A DNA stretch of 64,000 nucleotides from Octopus sinensis (GCF_006345805.1 NC_042997.1:173972001-174036000), one strand, 5' to 3'; shown: positions 13,611 to 26,297, numbered from the stretch's first letter. The notes: generated by a model not told the origin, from the sequence alone. Numbers and translations are program-made.

Positions 13611-14353
13611 ACTTATTTTAGTGATGTAACCGAAATGTCACTCGGAAAGATGCGTCGCTCCATCTGTTACTGATGCATAATAGCAGCATTTTCGACATGC
13701 TACTAAATCCTTAGCTGTGTGCAAATTGCTCCTCTAAATATAGCGGAGTCATAGCCTTCATGGCTAGGTTCTCCTCAGAAATATCAAATTTCTAGACAAT
13801 TCGACTGAATGCTATTTTAATCCCTCAAACAAAGCTTACTCAGGTTGAATAATACCGACTTCTACAATTCTACATAGTTAACTTCTAAGCTGTCTCGCAA
13901 CACTAAAAGTAGTAGTCAAATTTGCCTGAAACCATATCTTAAAAGTAAAAGACGGATACATTGAATAATGTAGTTAAAAATGCTATACATCAAAACACAA
14001 ACATTGATCGTAGATCGTACAGGATAAGTAATAAGGTTTGTCTAATCAAGGCTGATTCAGAGATAAGCAACAATATTTATTAAATGGAGCTGCTATAGTG
14101 GTTAAATTGATTATGTATTTATTCGGCTTCTCGATTGAAATTGGAATTTGATCACTGATGCCATTTTGAATCGAGCGTTGAGCATCACCTGCCAGAAATC
14201 AGCAAAATGGCTTCCCATACACTCAATCGAGTTATTAGGAGCGTAAGTCAAATTTCATTCAAATCACAGGCTAGAATATTTTGGGGTTTTTATTTATTTA
14301 TTCATTCATTTATTTTTAAGGTAAGTTTGAGAAAAATGACGATTTAGTCTCAC

Positions 14354-14397
14354 CTATATCTTTGATTACAGGCTTGTTTCATTAGGATAACGTGAAG
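14354..14397 (-). CDS. Candidate 44-nt internal exon (LHVILMKQACNQRY), unidentified
   Basis: Long pyrimidine tract then CAG acceptor, TAG|GTGAGA donor, one open frame (phase 0 to 2). Confidence 0.33.
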
Positions 14398-14999
14398 CTG
14401 AAGCACCAGCAATACAAAAACAAAAGTACAGAAATAAAAATGAAAAATATAAAAACTGCCTGACTTACTTGCTGGAAAGAACAAGAAAGAGAAAGTGAAA
14501 GTAAAGACGTGAAAAAAGAGGAAATGTATGAGAAAAGAGGAACAGAAGAATAAAGAATGAAATAGAGAAGGAGAGAGACTAGAAGACCGAATCAAGAAAA
14601 CAGAAAGTATGATGAAGATGGTAGAAAAGGGAATTAACCGGAAATTGTTTTAAAGATTGGTGGTCTGTAGGGACGCGAGTAAATCAAAGATTTGAAGGAA
14701 ATACTATCAATATTGATTCCAAAAACGATACCTGCAGCCAATAAGAGATTTCATAATTTATTTCTAAGTTACCACCTGCTCATAATGAAATATATATGCA
14801 TACATACAATCATGCATACATGTGTGTGTGTGTGTGTGTGTGCATTCATGTGTTTGCGTGTGTATATGTATGTGTGTCTATATATATGTATGTATAATAA
14901 TATAGATAATATACATATATATATATATATATATAATATATATATATATATGCATATATACATACGTATATGTACATAGTTACATCTATACATATATAT

Positions 15000-15049
<50 letters not shown>

Positions 15050-15053
<4 letters not shown>

Positions 15054-15260
15054 TATGTGGGGATAGGACGTCACGAAACGTGTACAACAAAAATACGAAG
15101 TACGAGTACATGGAATATGAACTATTTTTTCGAACAACGAAAGACACAAATGGAAAACAAGACAAACAACAACACAAAGAAGGAGCCTTCATCAGTTGTT
15201 ACCTGTTTTTCTACTTTCGTATTCCAGCTAGGCTATCTTTAACGGAAGCATTGAAGAGAA
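15050..15260 (-). mobile_element. Penelope-like terminal fragment
   Basis: CTGATGAAGG followed by a T/G-rich tail into (TA)n; similar to the 6660-6900 region. Confidence 0.4.
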
Positions 15261-15722
15261 ATTATTGTTTAACGCCTTGATAATCGTAGCACACCTTAAA
15301 TTATATCGTATGTAGTTTTCTTTTCGTATATTCACAAATAAATACTTATGTCATGTAGATAGCGGTTCGTAGATACAGGTACCTGATATTTTTCTATCTA
15401 TATTTGTTAACATTATTGGAAAGCATAATTTTGTATAGAAGCCCATAAAAATAGGAATAATAAAAGAATAAATCAACAAATTGATATATTATATATAAAT
15501 ATTTTCATTAATTTGTTTTCTATTAACAACGTATTTTTACATAGAAAAAAGAAAGAAAGAAAAACATTAAAAATTATGGAGAAAAATCCTATAACTTCCT
15601 CACGAAGAAAACAAAGAAAAAGAACAAAAAGGACTGGGGTATGCAGCAGAAGATGGATGGGGAAGGAATAATCGATTGAATACCCCAGAAAAAAATGGTG
15701 TGCTTAGCTGCGCCTCGCAGAT

Positions 15723-16085
15723 ATGTTGCCGCATAGAATGGCCAGAGACACTGCGACTGGCTTCCCATCACAACTGGAGCCAGTAGTTCTTGGCCACGGT
15801 GATGGTAAGCGCCCCAACGGAATAACCCTCTTCCCATACGAGGGAGGTAGATCCCTAGTCTTTGACGCGACATTCGCGACACCTTCTCCGGTTCCAACCT
15901 TTCTGCATCGGCCGCACACTCGGATATCGCCACACGTAACTCTGAGCAGAGAAAAATATACAAATATAGGAGACTGACCACTGTCAGCTTGTGCCGATCG
16001 CCGTCGAGACCTCAAATGTTCTGCCGATTTCCTGTACAAAATCGCGATAACTGTGGCCCATCTGAGAAACGAGCTCCGCAATCAT
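15723..16085 (+). pseudogene. Restriction-like endonuclease fragment of a CRE-like non-LTR retrotransposon
   Basis: EPVVLGHGDGKRPNGITLFPYEGGRSLVFDAT, then LVPIAVETS in another frame, match the RPDG..L.PW..G+.L.WD.T...PIAVET motifs; frameshifted. Confidence 0.75.
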
Positions 16086-17217
16086 GACTGCAAGGAGTGG
16101 CTAGACACATAAATTATGTATCAGGATTTTAATCTGCCGTTTGTAACTTTAACTTTTTTTTTTTTTTGCTTTGCCCTTTACCTGACTGCATCTATGCTGG
16201 GATATCGCCTTGAATGGTTTAGTCGAACAAATCGCCTACAATACGTAAGATTTTAAAACATTTGTCACTTATATCGACCTCTTTTAGCGGAACAGATAGG
16301 GGTTCAGGTTGTTTACGGTAGCATAAACAAGTCAACACCATATAAAGTCAGATGTATTAATTTCCAACTTCCCGCAAATTTCAAGTTTTGTGCTTATGTA
16401 AGAAACAATTGTTCACAATCATTTCATTCTGATAGTTAGGTCGAGAAGGCCTTGAAGTACTTGTATATTAGACTTGTGAACTTTAAAACGTTCTTGTTAT
16501 TACTGTATCAAACGAATCTTGTAGGAACAATGTCAAAATACAAAAGTTCCATAACAAAATCGATTAAACCTGAACGTGGCAAGATTGATTGTGTTGAATA
16601 GTGTTGAAACGATTATAAATGAAGTATTAAAATTATTTGTTTACTCTCTTCTTGTATATTTATCATTATGTGTGACTCTGTGTGTGTGTGTGTGCGTGCA
16701 TATGTATGTATGGATGTATGTATATGTATGTATGTATGAATATATAGCTGGCATAAGGCGGCGAGCTGGCAGAACCGTTAGCACGCCGGGCGAAATGCGT
16801 AGCCGTATTCAGTCTGCCGTTACGCTCTGAGTTCAAATGTATGTGCACTTCTTTGGTTGTCTGTGTGTATTTGTGCGTGTGAGTTGGAGAATACCGAAGA
16901 AAGCTTCGTGTAGACAGTCACCAAGCAGTGCTTAGATGATTTCCAAACTTAAAACTCCAACTCTTTCATCCAGGACAGGTAACATCAATATAGGGAAAAA
17001 GTTGGTTATGAGAACGATCTACGTCGAGCGGATATGAAAGTAAAAAGAAAAGACAGAACATATATGCATAAATATTCTCAAACACACACAAACACACACA
17101 CACACACATACACAAACACACACACACACACACACAAACACACAAACACAAACATGCACACACACACACACACTCATACACACATACACATGCATATACA
17201 CACATACGCGCACACAC

Positions 17218-17265
<48 letters not shown>

Positions 17266-17927
17266 AGATTGGGAAAAACAGAGGGAGAAATTGGTTCATC
17301 TCAAGGAAGGAAGAAAGAGTATTCACTTTATCGTTGATATCTAGCCTAAATATTCCGCCGATATGCATGATATTTGACACAAACAAATCCCAGTTCGGTG
17401 AAGCGTGCAATTAGCACTAGATGAATAGGTTGAGAGCAGTTGGGTGGAACGTATCCACCGACAACCATCTCGGCGATTATTTTTCAAAAAGATATCGCCG
17501 TAATGAATTTTAAGGCAGGGTTCCCCCCTGCCCTTACAACAACAATAGTAATATCAACGAAAAGCAACTGTAACAACGAAATAAAGGTTCAACCCATTGG
17601 CCTCTTTCTAATTTTATGAAAGAAACTGTTGATTCGGTAAAGATTTATATCAAATGCAGCGCGTAAACGACGTTATTAGATAGAGACGGTTATATCAAAA
17701 ACGGTATCTGATGTGTTTAATTATAACTCCTTGGTAATGTGTGTGTGTGTGTGTGTGTGTGTGGTGAATGTGTTCGCATATTTCTCGATATAATATATGT
17801 ATACATGTATGTAAGCATATATATTCAAACACACACATAATTATTAGTATTTATATGTGTGTGTGAATACATGATTGTACTTGCGTCTGTGCAAGAAGAA
17901 AAAATGTAATTCACGAAAATGTATATA

Positions 17928-18031
17928 GACTACAGCTGTCGTTTCGACCCATTTTGCATCGGTTCTCGGAGGTGAGATACTATACAACTAGTTACTGTGC
18001 ATCCTTGTGCAGGTGTGTCTCATCAGGTGAC
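17928..18031 (-). ncRNA. Decayed type I hammerhead motif
   Basis: CAC-CUGAUGA-GAC...GUC-GAAAC-GAC-AGCUGUA-G; stem I is only 2 bp and stem III has a 3-nt insertion. Confidence 0.35.
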
Positions 18032-18411
18032 TGTTCAAAAGGTACCTCTTTCAATAGACACGGTTTCGTTTAGTTCAATTATATATGCGCGTGCACACTC
18101 ATATATTGCATCCCCAACCAAACTTCGAAACTAATAAGTTTTTTAAAAATCTGTGATAAGACTGTGCATCATCATTAATGAACTTTGGAAAACTGTTTAC
18201 AACCTATATCTGCCTCTAATGGAACTATCTCCAATATTTCATGAGTATAACCTCACCCACTAAGATGTCTGGAGAACTCAAATGTATTTTAGCTGATGAG
18301 TACAGGACACTTTTATCTGCTGCAATTTTTGCAACTTGTAATAAAGCCTGTCTTTGTATGAAACAATTGTACTAAAAACCAATCCATTCTTGTTGCTTCT
18401 TTCTCGTATAT

Positions 18412-18443
<32 letters not shown>

Positions 18444-18467
18444 ATATATATATATATATGGAAAATG

Positions 18468-18577
18468 TTTGAAAATGCAAAGGTCTTTTAGAGATGTTTA
18501 TTGACTTGACCGGTTTCACTTTTTAGAAAAACCGGTCATGTCAATATACCTCTCTAAAAGACCTTTGCATTTTCAAA
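18468..18577. repeat. Fold-back inverted repeat, arms about 49 bp
   Basis: TTTGAAAATGCAAAGGTCTTTTAGAG...GACCGGTTT vs AAACCGGTC...CTCTAAAAGACCTTTGCATTTTCAAA; carries the HHR 3' half GAAAC-CG-GUC reading outward. Confidence 0.9.
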
Positions 18578-18627
18578 CCTTCTTTTATATATATTCTTTC
18601 TCGTGCGGTTCCTTACAACTTACTTGT

Positions 18628-18738
<111 letters not shown>

Positions 18739-18858
18739 CGTGTGCGTGGTAAACAAAGGTATATACTCACGGACAAGCACACGCACACACATATACATGT
18801 ATGTATATATGTATGCATGTATATGTATATACAGATATATATATACACATATATATAC

Positions 18859-18914
<56 letters not shown>

Positions 18915-19065
18915 AATAGATGAGTGTATTTTTACCTTGTTAACAATTAACACGGAAAAAATAAATAAATAGTTACCAGGGTAGCAAAAATCTCACAAGT
19001 AAAGGTGTTGTAACTCCTTGTTTATAAAGGTAGAAACTTCGTGTTTACGTTGAATATTTTGAATA

Positions 19066-19418
19066 ATATATGAATAAGTAAATGGAGTTTAACGCAGGTG
19101 TAATCAAATATTTTTACTTTCGACACATGCTTCGAAAATTCCACTGATACTATTCAAAAGAATAAATGGTATAAACAATGCAATCTTCTCCCCAGGAATG
19201 TGAAAAAAACGAAACTCGTCAAAAAGACATTTTAGCAAAATAAGACATTTTTGCTAAAATGTCTTATTGACGAGTTTCGTTTTTTTCACTTTCCTGAGGA
19301 GAAGATTGCATTGTTTATACCATTTATTCTTTTGAATAGTATCAGTGGAATTTTCGAAACATGTGTCGAAAGTAAAAATATTTGATTACACCTGCGTTAA
19401 ACTCCATTTATTTATTCA

Positions 19419-19423
<5 letters not shown>
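19066..19423. repeat. Fold-back inverted repeat, arms about 175 bp (5 differences), 8-nt loop
   Basis: Direct comparison of the arms. Confidence 0.95.
19288..19373 (+). ncRNA. Canonical type I hammerhead ribozyme
   Basis: Stem I ACUUUC/GAAAGU; CUGAGGA; stem II GAAGAUU/AAUUUUC; GAAA; stem III ACA/UGU; GUC cleavage triplet ending at 19367. Confidence 0.85.
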
Positions 19424-19449
<26 letters not shown>

Positions 19450-19551
19450 TCGGGGTGAGTACTTGATAATTATAAGCACCTGTGTATACCGTTTGGTGGT
19501 GTAGGTGGTGGAGTAAATTGATCAAAATAAAAACATGATGCCAAGGATTCA

Positions 19552-19629
19552 GCGGTACATATGTTTCGGGCCTTTATTAGACAGATTTATAACAATGCAT
19601 AATGTATGTCTGTGGCCTTCTTCAGCCAC
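19552..19629 (-). ncRNA. Type I hammerhead ribozyme (mirror copy)
   Basis: GUGG-CUGAAGA-AGGCC...GGCCC-GAAAC-AUAU-GUA-CCGC. Confidence 0.8.
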
Positions 19630-19887
19630 GCACAACAGCTTCCACAAGGACATGTGTTACATCAAAAATTCTTGGTTGGGGATGCAGATCCTCTCATTCG
19701 CGTACGACATAATGCGGCAACAGCATAGAATTGAAGCGTCCATCTCTTTCTTCTACATTGAGAGAAGAAAGAGATGGACGCTTCAATTCTATGCTGTTGC
19801 CGCATTATGTCGTACGCGAATGAGAGGATTTGCATCCCCAACCAAGAATTTTTGATGTGACACATGTCCTTGTGGAAGCTGTTGTGC

Positions 19888-19965
19888 GCGGCTGAAGAAG
19901 GCCACAGACATACATTATGCATTGTTATAAATCTGTCTAATAAAGGCCCGAAACATATGTACCGC
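19888..19965 (+). ncRNA. Type I hammerhead ribozyme
   Basis: Stem I GCGG/CCGC; CUGAAGA; A.C then GGCC/GGCC extended by ACAGA/UCUGU; GAAA; palindromic stem III ACAUAUGU; GUA ending at 19961. Confidence 0.85.
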
Positions 19966-20028
19966 TGAATCCTTGGCATCATGTTTTTATTTTGATCAAT
20001 TTATATATATTTATATGTATATATGAAC

Positions 20029-20308
20029 ACAATTGCAGCGTGGAAGGTGTTTGTAAGCCATTTAAGAAACACACAAAAGCCGTTCGATTCACTTCAACAT
20101 TTAAGTTTAATTTGTTAAAATATTTTCGTCGCTTTAAGACCGCGATCTGTTCACTGACAAAAATCCGTGCTGCATCTTGTCAGTGAACATTTCGCGGTCT
20201 TAAAGCGACGAAAATATTTTAACAAATTAAACTTAAATGTTGAAGTGAATCGAACGGCTTTTGTGTGTTTCTTAAATGGCTTACAAACACCTTCCACGCT
20301 GCAATTGT
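20029..20308. repeat. Fold-back inverted repeat, arms about 132 bp, 16-nt loop
   Basis: Direct comparison of the arms. Confidence 0.95.
20177..20225 (+). ncRNA. Variant hammerhead with G3-C8 core (mirror copy at about 20112-20160, minus)
   Basis: UUGUCA-GUGAACA-(UU)UCGC-GGUCUUAAA-GCGAC-GAAA-AUAUU-U-UAACAA; one mismatch in stem I and one at the base of stem II. Confidence 0.55.
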
Positions 20309-20386
20309 TTTCATTTCAGCACACGATCTCAAATCAAATCACTTGCTATGCAGGTACATCTCCATAATAGGTATATATGTATGTAT

Positions 20387-20740
20387 GCGGCGAACTGGCA
20401 GAAACGTTAGCACGCCGGGCGAAATGCTTAGCGGTATTTCGTCTACGTTACGTTGTGAGTTCAAATTCCGCCGAGGTCGACTTTGCCTTTCATCCTTTCG
20501 GGAAAGGCGGCGAGCTGGCAGAAACGTTAGCACGCCGGGCGAAATGCTTAGCGGTATTTCGTCTGCGTTACGTTGTGAGTTCAAATTCCACCGAGGTCGA
20601 CTTTGCCTTTCATCCTTTCGGGGTCGATAAATTAAGTACCAGTTACGCACTGGGGTCGATGGAATCGACTTAATACCTATGTCTGTCCTTGTTTGTCCCC
20701 TCTGTGTTTAGCCCCTTGTGGGTAATAAAGAAATAGGTAT
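20387..20740 (+). mobile_element. SINE family A: truncated copy plus full copy in tandem
   Basis: About 115 bp of head/body repeated at 20387 and 20506. Confidence 0.9.
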
Positions 20741-21115
20741 ATATGTATGTATGTATGTACGTATATATGTAGAGCGAGAAAGAGAGAAAGAGACATAGAC
20801 AGACACAAAGTTCCACACAATTTCTGCTTACAAAATTCACTTAAAAAGCATCGTTTGGCCTGAGACGATAGCCGTTGGACATTGGCCAAATGTGCTGTGT
20901 AGGTGTACTGAACGCAAACCCCCGTGACTGCGAAACAGTCATGCCTTTATCATCTGCGACATTTCTTTTTAGATATTTACTCACAAATAAGATTCACTAT
21001 CAGACAACTTGTTTCAGTAGGTTTTATCTAGCGGCCAGTAAAATTCTGTTTTTAGACATGCCTAATGTTTGCGAAATCGAACGGTGTCAAATCCTGCTGA
21101 AAATACATGAGTCTT

Positions 21116-21531
21116 TCTTTACTCTTTTACTCTTTTACTTGTTTCAGTCATTTGACTGCGGCCATGCTGGAGCACCGCCTTTAATCGAGCAACTCGACCC
21201 TGGCACTTATTCTTTTTGTAAGCCCAGTACTTATTCTATCGGTCTCTTTTGCCGAACCGCTAAATAACGGGGACATAAACACACCAGCATCGGTTGTCAA
21301 GCAATGCTAGGGGGACAAATACAGACACACAAACACACACACGTATATATATATATACATATATACGACGGGCTTTTTGTTTCATTTTCCGTCTACTAAA
21401 TCCACTCACAATGCTTTGGTCGGCCAGAGGCTATAGTAGAAGACACTTGGCCAAGGTGCCACGCTGTGGGACTGAACCCGGAACCATGTGGCTGGTAAAC
21501 AAGCTACTTACCACACAGCCATTCCTGCGCC
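21116..21531 (-). mobile_element. SINE family B, full length
   Basis: Reverse complement of 11734-12146. Confidence 0.9.
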
Positions 21532-21697
21532 TATGCTAAGTCTGCTAAGAAATACGTACAAACGAAATAAATTAAGAGAAACTCAGCGTTAAATTTTGCA
21601 CATAATCATCGGCATCCATATTTTAAATACTGTGGATGATTAAATTACAAATCCATTGTTGTGTCATTTAAAATATTCTATTCGTTACAATAACGAT

Positions 21698-21981
21698 AAA
21701 CGTCGCCCTTTTCAAGCCTAGCCAGGCTCTTGGGTCCGGTTTCCCGGAGTATGTGTTCCTCCCAGCTGGACGGGACGCCAATCCATCGCAGCGTTACTCA
21801 AGAAACAGGAAGAGAGAATGAGAGATAGTTGTGGCGAAAGAGTACAACAGGGGTCGCCACCACCACCTGCTGAGCACTCCACAGACACGTGTACCCTTAA
21901 CGTAGTTCTCGAGGATATTCAGCGTGACACAGAGAGTGACAAGGCCGGCCCTTTGAAATACAGGTACAACAGAAACAGGAA

Positions 21982-22016
<35 letters not shown>

Positions 22017-22180
22017 GTGGTGAAAGAGTACAGCAGGGATCACCACCACCCCCTGCCGGAACCTCGTGGATCTTTAGCTGTTTTCGCTCAATAAGCACTC
22101 ACAACGCCCGGTCTGGGAATCGAAACCGCGATCCTACGACCGCGAGTCCGCTGCCCTAACCACTGGGCCATTGCGCCTCC
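21698..22180 (-). mobile_element. SINE family C (GGAGGCGCAATGGCCCAGTGG head), composite
   Basis: Matches 49771-50153 and 34509-34817. Confidence 0.85.
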
Positions 22181-22292
22181 ACAGAATGTTAAGATACTAC
22201 TTGTGAAAGGAAAGCCTTATATTATTCAGAACGTATGAAACAAGGGCTTACTAACAGTCTGAGAACAGCCATGGACCGTTTGGAGAAACATA

Positions 22293-22674
22293 TACTCTTT
22301 TTTTTTTACTTGTTTCAGTCATTTGACTGCGGCCATGCTGGAGCACCACCTTTTAGTCGAGCAAATCGACCCCAGGACTTATTCTTTGTAAGCCTAGTAC
22401 TTATTCTATCGGTCTCCTTTGCCGAACCGCTGAGTTAAGAGGACGTAAACACACCATCATCGGTTGTCAAGCAATGTTGGGGGTACAAACACAGACACAC
22501 AAACATATACACACACGTGCATATATATACGACGGGCTTCTTTCAGTTTCCGCCTACCAAATCCACTCACAAGGCTTTTGGTTGGCCCGAGGCTATAGTA
22601 GAAGACACTTGTCCAAGGTGCCACGCAGTGGGAATGAACCCGGAAGCTACTTACCACACAGCCACTCCTGCGCC
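22293..22674 (-). mobile_element. SINE family B
   Basis: Matches the family consensus. Confidence 0.9.
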
Positions 22675-23847
22675 TATGAAAATATTTTGGGCAGACAAAG
22701 GGTTAAAAAGAAGAACACACACACAAATACACACTTTGTACCCCAGCATGGCCGTGGCCCAATGAATGATGCAAGTAGAAAAAATTAAAAGGGTACATCG
22801 AATATCAAAATCAAAGTGAATAGAGAAAAATAAGGCAGTAAGTAAAATAAGAAAAATATATTGAAACCAGATTCTGCAAAAGAGTGACAAGGGATTTCTG
22901 TCAACACCCTAGAAAGTGTTCCTTGAATAGGTCAATCCCTCTTGTTCTCAACAAGTGTTGTATGTTTATCCTATCTTTGACAAGAATCCACTAGAGAGAT
23001 GACAAACAGGGATAGTGAAGAAACGAAGAAAATTGCTGGAGATAAGTAGGCAATTTATACATATACATACATAAGCGTACACACTCTCCATATGTGTGCT
23101 GGAGCGCGTGTGTGAGCGTACGTGAGTGTGTGTGTGTGAGCGTACGTGAGTATGTGTGTGTGAGCGTACGTGAGTGTGTGTATGTGTAGTGCATATAATA
23201 ACAAACTACATATACCATATACCCAACTTATGTTTGTGTTTGTGCGTGAGTATGGCTGTATAAGAAGTATTGCGTGTATCTATTTAAGGTACGACAAAGT
23301 TTGTCAACACATGCTGTTGAAGAATATCTTGCTTATCAAATTAGAATATTGGATACTAAGAAAGATTTTTTTTTTCCAAGATAACATTCAGTGTTGAATT
23401 TCTGTTGATTAACGCTACTAGTGCCGCCATTGGTGATGCTGTTATTTTTGATGTCACCGTTTCTATTTTTACGTACAAGGTAGTCCTCAATCGATATTGA
23501 AGTATCCTCTTTCTAAGACGTCCAATAGCTACTAAATCCTTAAGACCTAGATCTGATCTTATAGAGGAGACCTATAATCAAAGGCCTTCCAGCAGTGACA
23601 TACTGTCTTTTTCTCTGAGACTATTTTTCTGCCTCAACATAGCTTGGCCTATATCAGTGCTCCGCAATCTTTTTTCACTTGCTGTACACTTATATTCTTT
23701 CAAAAATTCGACAGCACACCTGAATTAAAGATAAAAGCAAAAGTACAGGGAAAAACTTAAATTCAAGTTACACCGCGGCACATCTAGCCTCATCTCGTTG
23801 CACAACAGTGTGTCGCAGCACGCCGGTTGCAGAGCACTGGTCTAAAG

Positions 23848-24595
23848 CAGTGGTTCTCAATCGGGGTTCATATGACCCTCGGGGTGGGGTCTATATAAGA
23901 TTCAGTCATTAAAATTTAAGCCCCCCAAAATGATTATTCTTCAATATGGCAAAATATTTCGACATTTTTTTTTATAAAATTCCTTATCATAATAATAAAA
24001 AAAAAAGGCGGCGAACTAGTAGAATCGTTAGCACACTGGACGAAATAAATGAAAAAATGTTCCTTCTCGAGCCATGCAAGGCCCATAAGAGCCGGTTTCC
24101 CGGTTTCAGTGGCGTAGAAATTCCCCACCTGGACGGGACGCCAGTCCGTCACAGGATTACTCATTTTTGCCAGCTGAGTGGACTGGAGCAAGGTGAAATG
24201 AAGTGTTTTGCTCAAGAACACAACGCGTCGCCCGGCCCAGGAATCGAAACCACAACCTTACGATCATGAGTTCAACACCCTAACCACAAAGCCACGCGCC
24301 TCCATACTGGACGAAATGCTTAGAGGTATTTCTCTCGTCGCTACGTTCTGAGTTCAAATTCCACCGAGATCGACTTTGCCTTACATCCTTTGGGGGTGGC
24401 TAAATTAAGTTCCAGCGAAACACTCGACTAGATCCCTCTCCGCAAAATTTCATAGCCTTGTGCCTTCAGTAGAAAGAATATTTAATTATAAAATATATAA
24501 CAAGATTTTTTAAACAACGAATGGTTGTGGAGTTTCACCAGAGTGAAATAGGAATAAAAGGGATCAATAGGCAAAAAATAGTTTGTGGACCACTG
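23848..24595. mobile_element. hAT (Charlie-like) MITE containing nested SINEs
   Basis: Termini CAGTGGTTCTCAA / TTGTGGACCACTG; flanks GTCTAAAG and GTCTATAT resemble the NTCTAGAN target. Confidence 0.65.
24047..24305 (-). mobile_element. CORE-type SINE inserted into a family A SINE
   Basis: 12-bp TSD ACTGGACGAAAT at 24035-24046 and 24306-24317; family A resumes after it. Confidence 0.85.
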
Positions 24596-25714
24596 GTCTA
24601 TATTATCCAGTGACTACTTTTTAAAGTTTTCAGTGTGTAATTTGAATAATAGTTAACTGATATAAATTCCTCCTATACTGCAGCAGTTGCATCACAGTTC
24701 TGATCAAGCTAAAATCAGTATAATTTACAGGATAGCTCCGTAGTCTCCGAGTGTCATCAGGGCTTTCAATGTCTATGCAAAACACTACCTTATTACATAT
24801 TATGGTGTGTTACTTCTGCACTCACCATCTGCTTTTACTGTCCTACAATGGTAACGACGAACCAAAGGAGCCCAAAAGTCCAGTGGCATCGGCCGTAAAT
24901 CTTGTCCTGTTTTCACTTATAATGTAAAACCACCTTGTGCACGGATGCGTAACATGCTAGTTTGAATATTTTCCCTTGTCATCATTCTTAAAGACCATAC
25001 ACATATGCATTACTCCAAGACTGCAACGACTGAATCACTGTTCTGATTAAGCCTCTTGTGGTCTTCGAGAGTCACCAGGGCTTCTACTGACCCAAAACAA
25101 ATGTGACCCAGAGGGTTTCGTCGCTCTGAGAGCATGACGTACGGGTTCGACAAATTTCATTTCGATGCCTGTAGAATTTATCTCAAACTGTCAATGCTTC
25201 CAGAAGAGACAATCCAGTTGATCGCCAGAATTACCCCATAACATAGTCGTTCTTCTTCAACACCAGTCCTCAATAGAGTGATGACACCAGCTCAACGCCA
25301 TGGTGCAGATGTTGCAGCATCAGCTCATATCTGCACATCATTAGCTACTGCATACCAAATTTTCTGTGCAGCGCTATTTGACAGCAGAGTCTTAGTCTGG
25401 CTAAGTCGAATGCATCCCTTCAACAATAGGCGAAAGATTGAAGTTCCACCTGGTTAGATGAAAACTGGAGTAAGGGTAAATAGTCAAACTGAAATAAATA
25501 ACGGAGGTGATGTATTCGCTCTGTCTGACTTAGTGTGGAATGACAATCAACAGTTAATTGTTCCTGTCAACGTTTTTTATTTCCGATCACCAGGGTTAAC
25601 ATGCTGCCCGACGCCGTTACAGTACCGTCGACTACATATACTAACATAGACATTTTAGAGCGCAGTCTCAGCATCCCTGCTTTCTACAGAATTGGCTTAA
25701 GAATCAGTACTTAC

Positions 25715-25879
25715 AGTAGTAATAAGGGTAGATACTCTTGATAGACCGAGCGTGTAATTTGAAATGGTTCTGATTATAATCGCGGCGGTAGTTGGTGACT
25801 CACGGAAATCTTCCGAGTATTTATACAACATTTCAAATAAAGTTCTTATAGCTTCACCAAGTTCCCTTTCAATACATGA
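25715..25879 (-). CDS. Candidate 165-nt exon (SCIERELGEAIRTLFEMLYKYSEDFRESPTTAAIIIRTISNYTLGLSRVSTLITT), unidentified
   Basis: 55 open codons in non-repetitive sequence, GTAAGT donor and T-rich acceptor region; the best acceptor lies 12 nt upstream and adds an in-frame TAG. Confidence 0.45.
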
Positions 25880-26297
25880 CTAAGCCTTTATCTAAAATAA
25901 AACATAATAAAAGAAATAATAATATAATCTCTGCCGAATTATGATGAAGACAAAACTACGAGCGTATTCATAGTTTTAACTATACCATTGCCATCGTATG
26001 TATGATGGAGACATATCCTTGAAGTTGACAAATGATATAGCGATCATTCATCTAAAGTGGCCTGCTTGCTTTTATCAGTGTCATCAAGAGCAAAACACAA
26101 TTCATAATATTTTATTGATATGCAAAGTGTTTTTGCTTTATATATCAGATGAGACCGATTCTGTCCAGCAGTTCTATAGATATACGAGAAATAATGTCAT
26201 TCTCTGAGACAGTTTGAATTTGGAGAGCTCACATCCAACTGGTATGAGGTCAGTGATCTCAAGGATGCATATATTCATGCATTATATTCATACATAC

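Larger units (their letters stand above)
19514..20003. repeat. Fold-back inverted repeat, arms about 241 bp (3 transitions), 8-nt loop
   Basis: Direct comparison of the arms; explains the mirror ORFs 19535+ and 19982-. Confidence 0.97.

Noticed and set aside
18292-18315. CTGATGAG motif
   Set aside because: No downstream GAAA or supporting stems.
19535-19982. Two near-identical 106-aa ORFs on opposite strands
   Set aside because: They are the mirror product of the palindrome; no protein motif recognised.
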